From contig NW_019091358.1 of the NCBI RefSeq assembly GCF_001949145.1, forward strand, positions 155,984-219,983: 64,000 bases of DNA. The letters run 5' to 3'. Of the stretch, positions 9,525-22,639 are shown one piece after another. How positions within the stretch are numbered: position 1 is the stretch's first letter; each line of letters begins with the position of its first letter. The stretch is from Acanthaster planci (lineage: Eukaryota). The translations under genes were made by a program, and so were the position numbers. The notes under the pieces were generated by a model. That model made no database searches. It was not told where the DNA came from and saw nothing but the letters and a program-made list of their open reading frames with translations.

Positions 9525-9895
9525 AATTTTTGCAGTTGATGCAATATTTGCAATTAACACATTCTTCGCAATTGATAAATTCTTTGCAATCAACACATCC
9601 ATCACAACTACAACATCTGTCACATCTTAAACAGATTTTGCAATCACTGCAGTGCTTGCAATCGGTGCAGTAATAGCCATCGATGCAATTGACCTAAATC
9701 GGTAGATTTGTTACAATGTCTGCAGTTAATGCAACCATGACATTTGTTGCATATGTGTATGTTTTTAAAATTTATTACAATATTTAGAAACCTTACAATT
9801 TTTGTAATGGTTGCATTTATTACATACAACACATCTGTCGATATGATTGCAGTATTGGCAATAAATGGCATCAACGGCATCTGTCACATTCTGTG
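9525..9895 (-). pseudogene. Cys-rich (Cxx)n repeat protein, frameshifted
   Basis: Minus-strand frames read ICNKCHGCINCRHCNKS and YCTDCKHCSDCKICLRCDRCCSCDGCVDCKEFINCEECVNCKYCINCKN. Confidence 0.6.
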
Positions 9896-9939
9896 ATTCA
9901 ATTTTTTTTTTACAAAAGTAACAAAACACTGCTTATGAT

Positions 9940-10194
9940 TGACGTCGGTTTTAGAGTTTTGCTTTTGGTCTGGCGTTTTCGGTTTTTGGTTTGGTGACTT
10001 TGATATAAGGTTTGATGATATTTTTTAGTTTTTTTTAACCACCAAAATCAAAGGTTGACGTTGTGGAGTTTCGTGAGAGATACTATCGGGTCATTGGGGG
10101 CGTTGGGGGTTCGGTAAAAAAGTTTACTTTTAGGGTCAGGTAGGTACCCAGGGGAAAATGAAAAGGTGATGTGGAACTCTCCCTCCACACTACT
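9940..10194. repeat. Putative right terminal inverted repeat of the Polinton
   Basis: Non-coding GT/T-run-rich tract ending at ACTACT (10189-10194); the partner TIR is outside the window. Confidence 0.55.
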
Positions 10195-10294
10195 TGCACA
10201 AAAATGTCGGAACAGTCCATCTGAGTCAACCCCCCCCCCGGAAATCACCCCACATTCTGACACACAAATCTACATCACTCCCCAGGTGGATCAC

Positions 10295-10404
10295 AATTTC
10301 ACCCGGGCGAAATACATGTAGTAATCCGCCCGGGCGAAATACTAATCCACTCAGGTGAAATCGTAATCTGCCCAGGCGAAATACTTATCCACCCGGGTGA
10401 AATA
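10295..10404. repeat. ~21-bp tandem repeat (about 5 copies) with palindromic CRCCCGGGYG core
   Basis: Head-to-tail units such as taatccgcccgggcgaaatac, taatccactcaggtgaaatcg and taatctgcccaggcgaaatac. Confidence 0.8.
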
Positions 10405-12016
10405 TCACACCTAATTCTTTTTTCAGTCATGTCCTATATACACTCCTGTAAATTCGTGTTAATATAGTGAAATACTAAATTCTAAAAGGCCCGGGACAGT
10501 AACACAACATTTGAGCATGAGTGTGGATGTCAAACAGCTATGTATACATGTATAAGGTTACATGTGACCAAATGAGCTGCCTATCATGGCATATTTCCAT
10601 GTTTCCTTGACCTTCCTCATGTAGTCAGGTAGTGTTGCAAAACATCTTTATTCTTTGCGGTACATTTTTAAAAGGGTTTATTTTGAACCTTTATAGAAGA
10701 AAAGAAAAGACCAAATAGATTTTAAATTGAAACTAGGCCTATATGGCAGCTCGCAGGCACACGAATAGTACTTAACTCATCAACATGCATGACATGCTTA
10801 AGATTTATAAAACAGAAATATTTAGAACTTTGGGTTGTGAAATGTTTCACACAAAATTTTTGCGGTCAAGATGACGTCACTGATTCTTGATTCTTCTCTC
10901 CGATTGGTAAATTGGTGGCTATTCCATCTTTCACACTCAACTCAAAGGGGCAAAAATAGTGTTGCCGTCTATTGGGAAAATCGAGTTATTGACTGAACTC
11001 TTAACCATTACATCAGATGTGCCTGAAATGTCACTATTTATGCACTAGTGTGAAAAGATGATGGTATTTTCCCATTCAGTGACACTTTGTCACTGGTGAC
11101 TTGCAATAACTCCTGGTTGAAGTATGTAAAAAATCTGGCCTTTTCATGTCCGAGAAATGGAGTATGAGAGGATGTAAGAACATGACCGATTGTTCAGTTT
11201 ATTTGTCAGTTGACTGGTGGTGCGAGTAGAGAACTGTTTTTCAAGTCTCAAAATACTTTATTGTCATTTGCCGCTAATGTCAGCAACACAGATCGAGGAG
11301 TTTAGACCAATATGCTTTGTAACGCGCAATTTAAAGCCACAATGGTTGGATGGAATCTAAGATGATTTTTTCCTCATAACCATTGGAATGCTGAAAGCCC
11401 TATGCTCTGTTCTCGAACAGACACAGACTTCTAGTTTTATGATTGGTGCTGTTGGTATGTATTCATCTTTCATTTGATTGGTATAGGAAGGTGGTACTGA
11501 GGCTTCCTGATCCTTGATTTGTGCAATTAAAGGTCTAAACCTTGAAAAATCATGGAACGTTAAACCTCTGTGCTTAAACACCCTTGTGTCAGGATGCGTA
11601 AATATGATCTGGCTATCTGTGTGCATTGGCACATCAGCTGGGGTAAAATATCAAGTACACCTTGACTTAACTCTGGCTCATGTTTAATCACTGTATGTTG
11701 AACTTGGTCACTGTGCATGGCCTGTTGTGGTAGTCAATACCACTTTGCAGGTACATCCTTGAATGTTGAACAAATGGGAGGTTGCAGTAAAAAATACTGT
11801 AAAAAAGTTTTTAAAGGACACTATTTGGGGCATTAGGTTCTTTATCTAAAGTGGGCTGCTGTATCTTGCCTTTTTAAAAACTTATCAGGTAAGGAAGGTA
11901 ATTCTATTCTATAATTTGATGTTTCAAAATGCTTCATAATTGTCTCTAAGTGTGGAAGATCCAATTAAATTCCATTTTGCATCAACTGACTTTGGTCACC
12001 TTTATGTACATTTCAG

Positions 12017-12148
12017 GGTATGAGTAAATTGAAGTGCCTGGACATTAGCTGGAATGAGCTGACAAACATGAAAGATGACTTGTCAATTTTAAGGAAACAT
12101 GCAACAGGTTTAACCTGCCTCGACCTGAGATATAACAAATGGCAAAAG
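12017..12148 (+). CDS. LRRC9: LRRC9 internal exon (phase 0-0)
   Basis: tttcag|...|gt; GMSKLKCLDISWNELTNMKDDLSILRKHATGLTCLDLRYNKWQK. Confidence 0.9.
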
Positions 12149-13859
12149 GTACGTACCTTAATAACAAGACTCACTTGATGAAAGGAATTTTTAAGCATTA
12201 CCATGATAAATCTGCAAAAATTCCAGCAGTCTAATGGAACACATTCCTTCTTTTTGTAATAAGCTAAAAAGAATTAACTTGCATTATTATTAAAGCAATT
12301 TGCGTTGACTGCCCTGCAGTTCTGGTTTATTGTTTTTGCTTTTTTATGTGAGCTTGGGTAATGTTATGGACAAAGACATGAAAAATTTGTTTCTGCATTG
12401 TTTATTTCTCACTTTTCTTTAGCTTCAACTTTTCATTTATGTATCACTTGAAGAATTAGTATGAAAAGAACATCAGTGTTGAAAAAAGGTGGTCCTGTTT
12501 AATGTGGTGCTTATTTTTTAGATAGTTTAAAAAGTTCAAATTATTGAAGGCATCATTTTTGAGCAGTGAATGTTCATTGATTTCCTCTCTTCCTGTAAAA
12601 AAAATCACAATATTCCTTCAACCAGGGTTTCTACAAGAATGTGAAACCCATAAAGATGAAGTTAGCACTGAACTAAAGGCCATTCTGATGATAAATAGCT
12701 TGCAACATTTCTTAAAGCCGGATTCGCAAATTTAATGAACTGACCACCCCACGTCTTGAGATACTCTTGGTACGGGGCTCCCATTTGTGAAGTAGGCTGT
12801 TCGCCTTAGCGGACCGCTCCCCTTTGTAAGACCAGAGTGGCCCCAGACAACGTCTCCTTGTCGCCTTCCCTTTATCTAGAGCCTTCAAGCAAAACGTCTT
12901 GGAGACAATTACTCTGTTAAACACAGTTTGACACTGTTGAACACTAATTTATATAACAGGTTTTGCCCTTGCATCTTGAAAATACTGTTGAACACTGTTA
13001 TAACAGGGTCCTTGGAACTTTACAAATTCCTTTTGTTATCAGTTATGGAAAATAAATGAAAAAAAACCCAGAATTTTTTGTCATAAATATGACCTTGTAT
13101 TATAAATTATAAGTATTTAAAATGCTCGTCCTGTCTGTCTTCGATTGTACATGTATTGTGAGAGTCTTTCGGGTGCCCTCCTCAATGAACATGAGCCACT
13201 GCCCCATTTCCAGGTGGCCGTTACATGCAAATGCATCCTACATGTAGTTACCCTCCGACATATCTATGGCGTGGCCATCCAGATGTAATCCCCACGGTAG
13301 CACTTTCCGGGCCAACTTCCCGGATCGTTGCCCCAGTGAATACGCCATCGGACGCGGACCCAATCCCGAGTCTCCGTCACAGTCTTCTGGAGCTACTCTG
13401 GCTACCATCCAGTCTGCATCCCCAGACATCTGAACCTAACGTCCTTCAAGCCATTGAGATTTTTACACACACAATCCAGGGTGTCCCCAAGGGGCCCTGC
13501 GGGAGAAATTTTGTGAATCTATTCCCACTGCATCTCATGACGTACAATCCTGTGATCAGCAGAATGACCATTTTGTGGCCGCCAGTTGGGTGGCCCCACA
13601 TGAGCACAGATTCTGCCGTGCGGCCCTGCCATAATGCAACTGTCCAAATGTGTGTTAACTTCAAAGTGGGGGTGTCCAATCTGTTTACTGTCACTTTTGC
13701 GAGGTCTATCAAAAGTAGGCCAGCTGGGAGTCACCTATTTTGTTGCGATAATTTTGCAGGCTTTCTCTTCCGATATTTAGTAACGCTCAGCAGCGTGATC
13801 GAAATGAAGAGAGAGAATTCTGTCAGACCCTATTCTTTTTTTTGAAAGAAATACATGTA

Positions 13860-14000
13860 CAGTGGAACGCCACTATCACAAACACCACGGGGACCACGCT
13901 AAATGTTTGGTACAGCGTTTGTTCAGTATAGCAAAATTAACAGCCAAACATTTCGTTACCAGGTTGAATAGCTCCCTCTCTTGTCTAACTGAAGTGCACC
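13860..14000. mobile_element. End fragment of the Tc1/pogo-type non-autonomous family also at 41045-42208
   Basis: TA|CAGTGGAACGCCACTAT...CCACGCTAAATGTTTGGTACAGCG is the reverse complement of 42151-42210. Confidence 0.7.
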
Positions 14001-14689
14001 CTCTTGTGGCACTATGATTTGCTGAATTCACGTTTGAGGTTTCTAGAAATGTTTCCATTAATTATTTTTGTTTTTTATTAAATCTTGACTTCCAAAAATG
14101 ATATTTAGTTTATCCTAAAAGTTGTGAAGCTACTGCTCAGGATTGATCTCAAATGCATGCTGTGGTGAATCTTGGTTGATTTGCAACTGCAAACATAATG
14201 CGACCTCACTCCCCTATGCCGACCATTTATTTTTCACTCATGTGTGAAAATGATCGAAGTTTTACATTGCAGTCGGGACGCCGGTGGCCAGGCTGGGTAT
14301 GGAACACGGCTTACCTTCAATTTGACATAAACATCCTCGACAAACTTCTGCATATTCAGGTGTTATACACTGCTGCTAAAGACAACTTATGCCTTTGACT
14401 AAGCAAGCCTTTTGTTAAGAACTCCTTGCTTGATAAAGACTGACACCAACGTTATCTAGGTTACATGAAATCTTTGTCTCGGTCTCTGACCTATTTCATT
14501 TCTTCCCCTCTTATCGAGGTAAATTCCTTTGATGGGAAAAGAGAGTTCTCCTTTCCGCCCAGACTTCACCACAGTCATGCTAGAGACTCTGAATGATAAT
14601 TACATCTCCATCTTTGAGTATGCCTTGCAGCTTTCTTGCGCCTTGTTAAAAATTTTTTTCACACTGCCAACCAAAGCCACATTAATGGA

Positions 14690-16302
14690 AAGGTCAAGCG
14701 ATCATGCAGTTGACCTGCAGACGATCCATGTGGCAGGGTCCAATGACGAAGTGGCAGACGCACTCTCCCTGGGATGATAGAGCAGCCTTACAACAATCTC
14801 TTCGCTTCCTTGAACAACGATCAACTTCCCGAGATCTTCCTCTTCAGCGAGACTTTCTAGCAATGCTACAGCCATGGCCGCATGGGACATCATTTGCCCA
14901 CCTTTCACATTCGTGGCAGCAGATTTTAGCATTGTGTTGTGTGCGTCGATAGTCAGGCTTTGGCTCCAGCCAACGCTCATGTGGGTGCTAGAACAGACTT
15001 CCTGATGAACTTCTTTCACTCGGAGCTACAAGTATCTACAGGTCGGCCCTAGCTGCCATACACGTTGGTTTCAAAATTGGTTAAATGCCCTTGTTAATTG
15101 GAATGGCATTCCATCACCTTTTGTATGATATGCTTATCCAGTGACCTCTTGTTGGGAAATTGGTCTGGTCATAAGACCTAAGCTAGATTCTCGAGATGTT
15201 TTCTGGTCCTTCCTTTGGACCCTAAATAATGCCTGCCTTACACACACCATGTCAGGTTGGCCTTTCTCCTGAAAATGGTTCAGTCCTGAGGAGGCAGCAA
15301 ACTATAGGCTCTCCCCATTGCCGAAGGCCGTCTATGTTGGGAGCCACATGGTGTTCACCTCATTCCTTCGATCGGCTTCCTAACGAAGGATCAGACTCCC
15401 TCACCTGGTCCATCCAATATCTTTACACTCTCCACCTCCTTACATCCTGGAGACGATGCGGATAAACTTGGGGGCCTATTCATTTCCTGAAGTGGTACCT
15501 GAGTAAAAGGATAGCGTGAAAGGGACGATATTAACCCCATCGCTTATCACTTTCATGAGACCACACCGTCCAGCGGTGTCAGTACACTATTGCCTGTTGG
15601 ACGGCTTCGGCCATTAGATTTGCTAATCCAGTCTGGCCTTTAAGCTCTGATGAAAATAGTCATTACTACAACAGGGTTCATGGCATAACAGCAGGATCTG
15701 CATCTTGGTCTTACTCTCGAGATGTTTCCATTGCAAACATTTGTAAAACTGCATGTTGGAAGTCTTTTTCTACCTCCTGCAACTTGAGGGATGTCCGGCA
15801 TGGCAGGACAATCCTACTGTCCATAGCGCAGAGGTCAAGGGACATCCTGAAGGATGGACAACAAGTCATTATGAAGTTCCTTTACCATTTCTGAAATTTT
15901 CACATTCCTCCTTGTTCATATGTAAAAGTGTATTCTCAGCATTAGATGTGTCGTCGCCAACCCCCACCTACTCTGCTACTCTACATATGTAGTGACTGTT
16001 TGGGTAGGTAGAGACTCCTTCCCCACATTAAGTGTGGGTCTACCAGAGAATACCAGTACCTACCCAAACAGTCCTCTCCCGCCCATCCTCCCCGCTCTGT
16101 CTCTGACCTTTTTGAGTCACTTTCGTAAAGAAGGACGATCATGGCAGCAAGGCTGCGCTGATTGTGGGAGGTAAGGGTGCACCACCAGTGATCAGATCTT
16201 TTCAGCGAATAAATAAGTTGCGCATGGGAAATTTGCATATGTAGTGACTGTTTGGGTAGGTATTCTCTAGTAGACCTTACCCACACTTAATGTGGGGAAG
16301 GA
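14690..16302 (+). mobile_element. DIRS1-type tyrosine-recombinase retrotransposon remnant (RNase H, YR, right end)
   Basis: RNase H IHVAGSNDEVADALS; YR SIYRSALAAIH and RVHGITAGSASWSYSRDVSIANICKTACWKS; ICR/ITR-like complementary repeats at 15984-16302. Confidence 0.8.
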
Positions 16303-16340
16303 AATAAAGTGTAAATTTTGCAATATAGAAAAGAAACCCA

Positions 16341-16521
16341 CATTTGAAGCAAGATATGAGACAGAGATATACCGCCCCTTTGTTCTGGTCATTGTTTGGC
16401 CAGAATCTCAGGAATTCTTTTCAGACATCTAGGAGGATGTGTTAGGTAACAATAGTCTAGAGTGTCTAGGGTTTGGACCCGCAAGTGGTACCCCCTCCAT
16501 TCCCACATCTTGCCGGGTATA
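16341..16521 (+). repeat. ~185-bp MITE-like dispersed repeat, copy 1 (copy 2 at 63126-63313)
   Basis: Both copies share catttgaagcaagatatgagac...ggatgtgttaggtaacaatagtctagagtgt...atcttgcc.ggtata and have imperfect terminal inverted repeats. Confidence 0.8.
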
Positions 16522-17402
16522 AAAACCTGAATTCTCGCCGCCTTTCCTTTTCATTACTTTGCCTAGAATTGACAGTTGCCAAAAACCAAACTAGAACTGC
16601 TTAACTCTTGCTTATAATGTTAAGTCGTCTGAAAAATATTCAAAGATTTTAACTGTTGTAACAAAGAATAATAGGTAAAACAAATGATACAATTGGTGCA
16701 CAAAAAAGAAAGTGACATGGACTGCCATAATTCCCCAAAGGAGCACTATTTTGATTAATTTTCAGAGGAAATAAAGCAAGTTACAAATGACGAACATTTC
16801 ATTTGAGAAAATTGGCTGGGAAGTAATAATTGTATCATAGAAAGTATTGGTTTGACCATTGACAGGTGATAATCAAATTTAAAAGCACACAATTTCATTG
16901 GAGATAAACAAGTATCCTGTGAGTATACATGTATAATAAATGCTAGAGTAAATTGAATATTCCATTGTAATGAATATCCATGTTGGCTTTTTGAATTTGT
17001 ATGTACAGTACAGGAACATAGTTGCATTTCATAAGAGAATTCATAAGAGAAGTTATTCAAGTACAAGATATCTTTAATTTGCTCAATTTTCCAAAAATGG
17101 ATGGAATGCAGTGATTTTTTTGGAAACGGGGATATTTGTTCCATGGAAAGGTAACATTAGAGCTGTCTTAACTGCATAGATAAAGCTGAAATCCAGGAGC
17201 TGGAAGCCCATTAATCAGCCACTTGCTTTACTGCTATTTGTCACAGTTTCAACATGTTAAGTTTCTTTCAAGCAACTGAAATCTCACATTTTAGTTTCAG
17301 AGGAATGGTCCTGGAGTGAGAATTTTTCATGTCTTTAATAGTAAAATGGTAAAAAGATAATGATAAAAAAAGTATGTACACCTTATTTCCCCCCCCCCTC
17401 AG

Positions 17403-17669
17403 CCTGATGGTGTTAGACTACGTACCATAGGACGCCTCAAATCCTTATCCATGCTTGATGGACAGGCAGTCACTGAAAGTGAAGCTACTGCAGCTTTGAG
17501 AATGGCTGCTGGGTCTCGCGTGTCACAAGTATCTCTGCTTGCCCATACGAGGACTGATACCATTAGGCCAAGAAGTCTCAGCCTAGCATCCTGTGCTCAA
17601 CTCTTGACACAGATAAGTCGTCAGAAGCCAGATAGATTAAGTGAGAATGATGGCAACTGGTACAGTAAG
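17403..17669 (+). CDS. LRRC9: LRRC9 internal exon (phase 0-0)
   Basis: ag|PDGVRLRTIGRLKSLSMLDGQAVTESEATAALRMAAGSR...RPRSLSL...NWYSK|gt. Confidence 0.92.
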
Positions 17670-19365
17670 GTATTTTTTTGTTTTTTTACTTTTTTAACAT
17701 TTTGGCAATTTTGTGCTATATCAATTACAGTGGCTTTGAAAAAAACAGTCATTTAAAGCATTTTAAACAATAGTGTTTTTTTCTTTGGTTAAAAACACCC
17801 TAGGACATGGTTTAAGAACACACAATGCTTGTAATATAAAAACCATGACATTACTAGCAGCTGAGATAACCACACTGTGCACAACTTGATATGCTGTAAT
17901 TAGACTTGACCCTCATAATAAAGTAAATATGAGGATTATGCTACGCATCCTAACACTCTAAAGAGGGAGACCAAAATCTTTGATTGGGTAATTTTAAATT
18001 TTATAACCTGTTTTAAATGACTACATTTCGCTCCTCTATTTTTCTCTACTAGGTATAACTGTAATAATTTTTATTCGACTAAACAAGGAGGTATAAAAAG
18101 GAACAGGGTAAAAACACTGTATACACCAAAAACATTAGAGTGAGATATTCAGCAACTAGGAAATAAAAACGGAACTCTGAGCCAAAGAAAAGTTAAGGTC
18201 AGACAGAAAAATCATCAAATAAGCAATTTTAACAAGGATTCACAGAAAAGCAAATAAATACCACATATTGCAGTTGTGTTCTTTGGGGGATTTAATTGCA
18301 CTTACCCACAGTTGTGTGTGTACATACATTTTAGAGCAAAGATAAGAGTAAAACTTCACAAAACAATGCAATTACATACAACCGCTCTCCTCCAAATAAA
18401 AATAATGCAAAACAGCCAAAAGGGGTTTCAAAGAAAACAGGACCTGGATACACCACCTAGCAGAGGAGTTGATGTCTGGGGGATCCATGAATATTTGCGC
18501 CAAGGAGTGGGATTTCAGCATGTTCAAATTCCATGTAGTGGAACTGCAAATTTACGGAGACAGGCTGACCTCGGTGAAGGCTTATTTGCCCAAAAGAACC
18601 CCCCCTCCCCCCTAATTTGGTTGTGGATCTGTCTTTGCATGTGCCTTGTAAATAAGCAAAAGAATTAAGAAAAATAAATACATGCATGCAGAAAGTATAC
18701 AGAAAGCTCTTGAAAAAGTTTCATTACATGGTGAAAATTTGTTAAACTGTTTAATACTATTCTTCTTTGTTCTGTAGGGGAAAATTAATACCATAACTTC
18801 CCCATCAATTTTTTTCTGGTTTTAAAAGTTTACCTTCTTTCTTTCTTTTTTTTAAATCAAGTGACATTTGTGTTGTCTTTCAAAAGTGGCAACAGTTTTT
18901 GTTTTTTCAAGCACTTCTCTAAGCATAGCGGTGAGTTTAAGCAACGAAGTGAAAACTATTGTACAGTATTTTACTACGCCATCTATTAGTTGTTTTGACA
19001 TATTTTGCTGTAGGCTGCTTTATTTAATTTTTTTAAGTCTTGTATTTTGGGCTACTCTACATGTAATGGAACCTTGATCTAAAAGGCAATTCCTTCATAC
19101 ATTAGCATACAGTAGCACTATTGGCTTGGACAAAAGTACATTAGTTGCCATGACATGTTAACCAGGTCTCAGTTACGCGAAGGATATTTTGCAAGGAATT
19201 AGCATGCATAAATGACACAAACTAAAGTCCTTTTTCCTTGTGCCACAGACATTGAACAGAAAACATAATAAAAAGTTCACCATTGTATGCAGTCTTAACA
19301 CTGCAGCCCCCAAAGCATTGAACATTGGGCACATTTCTACTTCTGGTTCTTTCACGCAGCAGTGA

Positions 19366-19581
<216 letters not shown>

Positions 19582-20419
19582 TAGTGTCAATACAATGTGT
19601 AAAGGAACATACAAGACTAAAAATCAGTAATTAAACAAGAGTTTCTTTGTATGAATAGCATAAAAATTGAAAAGGCTGATACATAGTTTAAAACTAAGAA
19701 ATTTATGGTGCTTTCTCAAAGGGATGTGACTTTTCTTCCAATTTTGTGATGTCTTGAAGTTTTCTTTATGTAAATAAAATTTCAAAACTGGAAAAAGTAT
19801 GACACTTGATAATTTTTCGAGAAAGTTTATTGATAGGCCAGATGGACCAGAAGTATGCCAGTGAAATCCATGTTTTGTTTTGTTTTTATTTTGCTTAAAA
19901 AGGTTATATTAATTTTTTTTCAACAATAGAATGGATCTCGACCTCTGTTTCATAGCTCAAATTCAGTAGCAGTAACCAGTATAATCCCACTGCATGTCAC
20001 ATGTTATTTATTTTGTGTGGTGACTCTAGGAACAGATGATGTCACTTCAAAATTTGACACCCAGCAAGAACTTTCCAAAATGTAAATTATGGAACGAAAT
20101 AAAGGGCCAGCATAATAGAAATATTTAACTACTTGCTGCCGGGTGCTTTTTTTAAATGCACCTGCCGGGCTGTTTTTTCATATTTTCATTTTTCAAAAAT
20201 CTTCAAAAATTCATTTATTTTTTTTCTGAGTGCTCAAACCCCATAAAATGACTGTCTTGTGGAGAGTTTAGCCCCACAAGCAACTTCCATTGACCCTTCA
20301 GTTTTGCAGCCACGCTGCCCACTCTGTATAGAGCCTCAATTGTGTAGTGTTGCATAATCCCTCTTTTTTCCCAGTCATTGGCCTTACTGTACTGCAGTGT
20401 TCCAATGCAGAGCGATTTA

Positions 20420-21170
20420 GTAAATCCAAGTACTTCTAATTCCGAGTACGAGTACAAGTACTTCTAATTCAAAAGTAGTTTTATCTTAATTTAGAGACTC
20501 TGAGACCTGCCACTGTCATGACTGTGTAAAAGAAACACTGAATGTAGATGACATGGCTACAAGAACAAGTGATCTGGCTAGCAATGTCGCAGTCACTACG
20601 CGTGCGTTGCAGCAGTTGACACAACGTGCACGGCGCGGCGAAGTCTATTTTCCAGACTCAATTATTCATATACCTGTGATTTTCTGTATGATTTCTGTGA
20701 TTTTCTGTTCGTCGTTAGAATTTTCAGGTCCAGGAAGCAAACTACCAATGCCAAAGTAAATCGCAGGACCATTCTGGAGTATTACAATATAATTTGCGTA
20801 CGTGATTGGTTAAGTATGCGCACAGACGGCGAATGGGTCGTATACGTTAATGGTCCCACGTTAGGCCTTCTCTTTGTCAGAACCGTATCGAATATTGGGT
20901 CATTGGGGTCGATATTTTTGTATCTTATTTGAGCGGCCGTGGTAAGGTAACTTAAAATATTTTTTTATCGAATACTGTTAATCGAGTGCGACTACTTTGA
21001 TGCTCGAGTACAAGTTTTGGATGTCAAGTTCCGAGTATTTTGTAGCCCGAGTACAAGAACTGTAGTTCGAGTACTTAGACATCCGAGTACAAGTATGAGT
21101 ATGAGTACTCTGAAAACGGTACTCGAGTAATACTCGAGTACGAGTACCAAGTATGAGTACTACAACACTG
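20420..21170. mobile_element. Non-autonomous hAT-like element with GAGTAC subterminal repeats
   Basis: Clusters of (C)GAGTAC/TACTCGAG near both ends; right terminus ...GTACTACAACACTG; left terminus unclear. Confidence 0.5.
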
Positions 21171-22116
21171 CGATTTACGGTCAAGACTCCAGCGTGTAAT
21201 ATGTGGTGAGTGCATGGGAAGCTGTGCCCACATGCACAGGGCAATGTAAACAGTTGAATGCGTGCGGGCCATGACAGACAAATGAGTCATGCTATAAAAA
21301 TTGGGGTCTAAAAGTGTACTTTTTGCAACGCTGTTGCATCTAATCTTTGCTACTTTTTTGAAGCTATACGACATTTTAGGGTTTGTATTTTCCCATATAT
21401 ATATATATATAAGAATGTATATTTCCCCCAAACCACCCTCATATTTTATCTCACAATTTGTCCATCCCCCCCATCTAAGTCTGAGTTCAAAATGGTTATT
21501 TCCCACCCCAAAACTTTATTGCTCCCAAAATTTCAAGTAAAACCTTAGAAACCAATAAAACAAGTAAACAAAGAAATGCACACAGACAAATATTTGCAGA
21601 GAACTTCTTTTTGTCTCATTTTTCTTCTTGTCATTTCTCTTATGTTTTCATTTCTCATTGAAATAGTTCAACTCATAAAAGTAGTAAAATAAATTTTCAC
21701 TCTTTCAAATCAAAGAAAGGCAAAACTCATAAAAGGGCAAGAATTTCACTTCACTGAAACACATTTCCGACTGTGACCAAACTCCTAAAACCAGTACAAA
21801 GTTTTTTCCAACTTTTTCAAGGGATGAAAATACGACATCCTCAAGGCAGTACATTGCAGAAACTTTGTCCTTTTTTTGGGTCATTTTTTCAAGGGTTGAA
21901 AATATGACCCAATTAGTAAAGCCATTACAAGGAATTTTGTTACTCTTTCAAGGAATGAAAATATAACATGTCCTAAAACTTGTACGTTCAATAAACTTGT
22001 TATTTTGGTCATTTTTTCAAGGGATGAAACTATGACAACTCCTAAAACCACAAGTAAATGACATATTCTTTTACACTAGATAAATGGGGCTGCAAGTCAT
22101 GAAAATAACAAAATAA

Positions 22117-22595
22117 TGTCGCGGGTTCACCGTCAAGGTGGGCAAATTGAAGGGCAGTAGCACAGATCTATACTTCACACAGCTGGTTTAATTCCGGGAA
22201 CAGATCCGAATGGTCCAAGGTCAGAACATGAACTCTCTATTTACAATCTAGCATGGCTATTTATACAGGTTGGGCTTGTTTTTACAGAGAATTAAGAACA
22301 AAACATTCCATCATAACATTTACTAATAACTCACATAAGGTAGAACAAAACAGCGTGCCGCGTAGCGAACATTAGTGTCTCACGCTCACCGCAAGAGGGC
22401 GCTAGCACTGTTTACATGTGGTTCTGATAGCGCATACGCAGCGGTAACTCAACTGTGCACGGTCAATGCACGCTGGAGACGCGACGTGATCGAAATAATA
22501 ATCGCAGAGCGCGCTGTGACTATATAATACCAGAAATAACCAGTAATCATTAACTAATAATCGATCAACAGTTCATGTTGAGTAATTTCACAACA
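22117..22595 (-). mobile_element. Solo LTR (479 bp) with 4-bp TSD ATAA
   Basis: ATAA|TGTCGCG...CACAACA|ATAA; TATA-like and ATTAAA signals on the minus strand. Confidence 0.75.
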
Positions 22596-22639
22596 ATAAT
22601 AATGTCCATGAAAATGGAAAATAAATATTTAAGTGTCAA

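Larger units (their letters stand above)
1..10194. mobile_element. Endogenous Polinton/Maverick (adintovirus-like) dsDNA virus, right arm, decayed
   Basis: Dense, intron-less, bidirectional gene array with MCP, penton, packaging-ATPase remnant and rve integrase. Ends in ...CTCCCTCCACACTACT (reverse complement AGTAGT..., a typical Polinton terminus). Many genes carry stops or frameshifts. The left part lies outside the window. Confidence 0.9.

Noticed and set aside
1..10194. Protein-primed PolB and adenain-type protease genes
   Set aside because: No recognisable motifs in any frame I examined; they may lie upstream of the window
10295..10404. CRISPR-like array
   Set aside because: Head-to-tail units without unique spacers, no cas genes, eukaryotic context
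13225..13845. 206-aa ORF as a host gene
   Set aside because: No recognisable domain; overlapping ORFs on both strands; probably a repeat remnant
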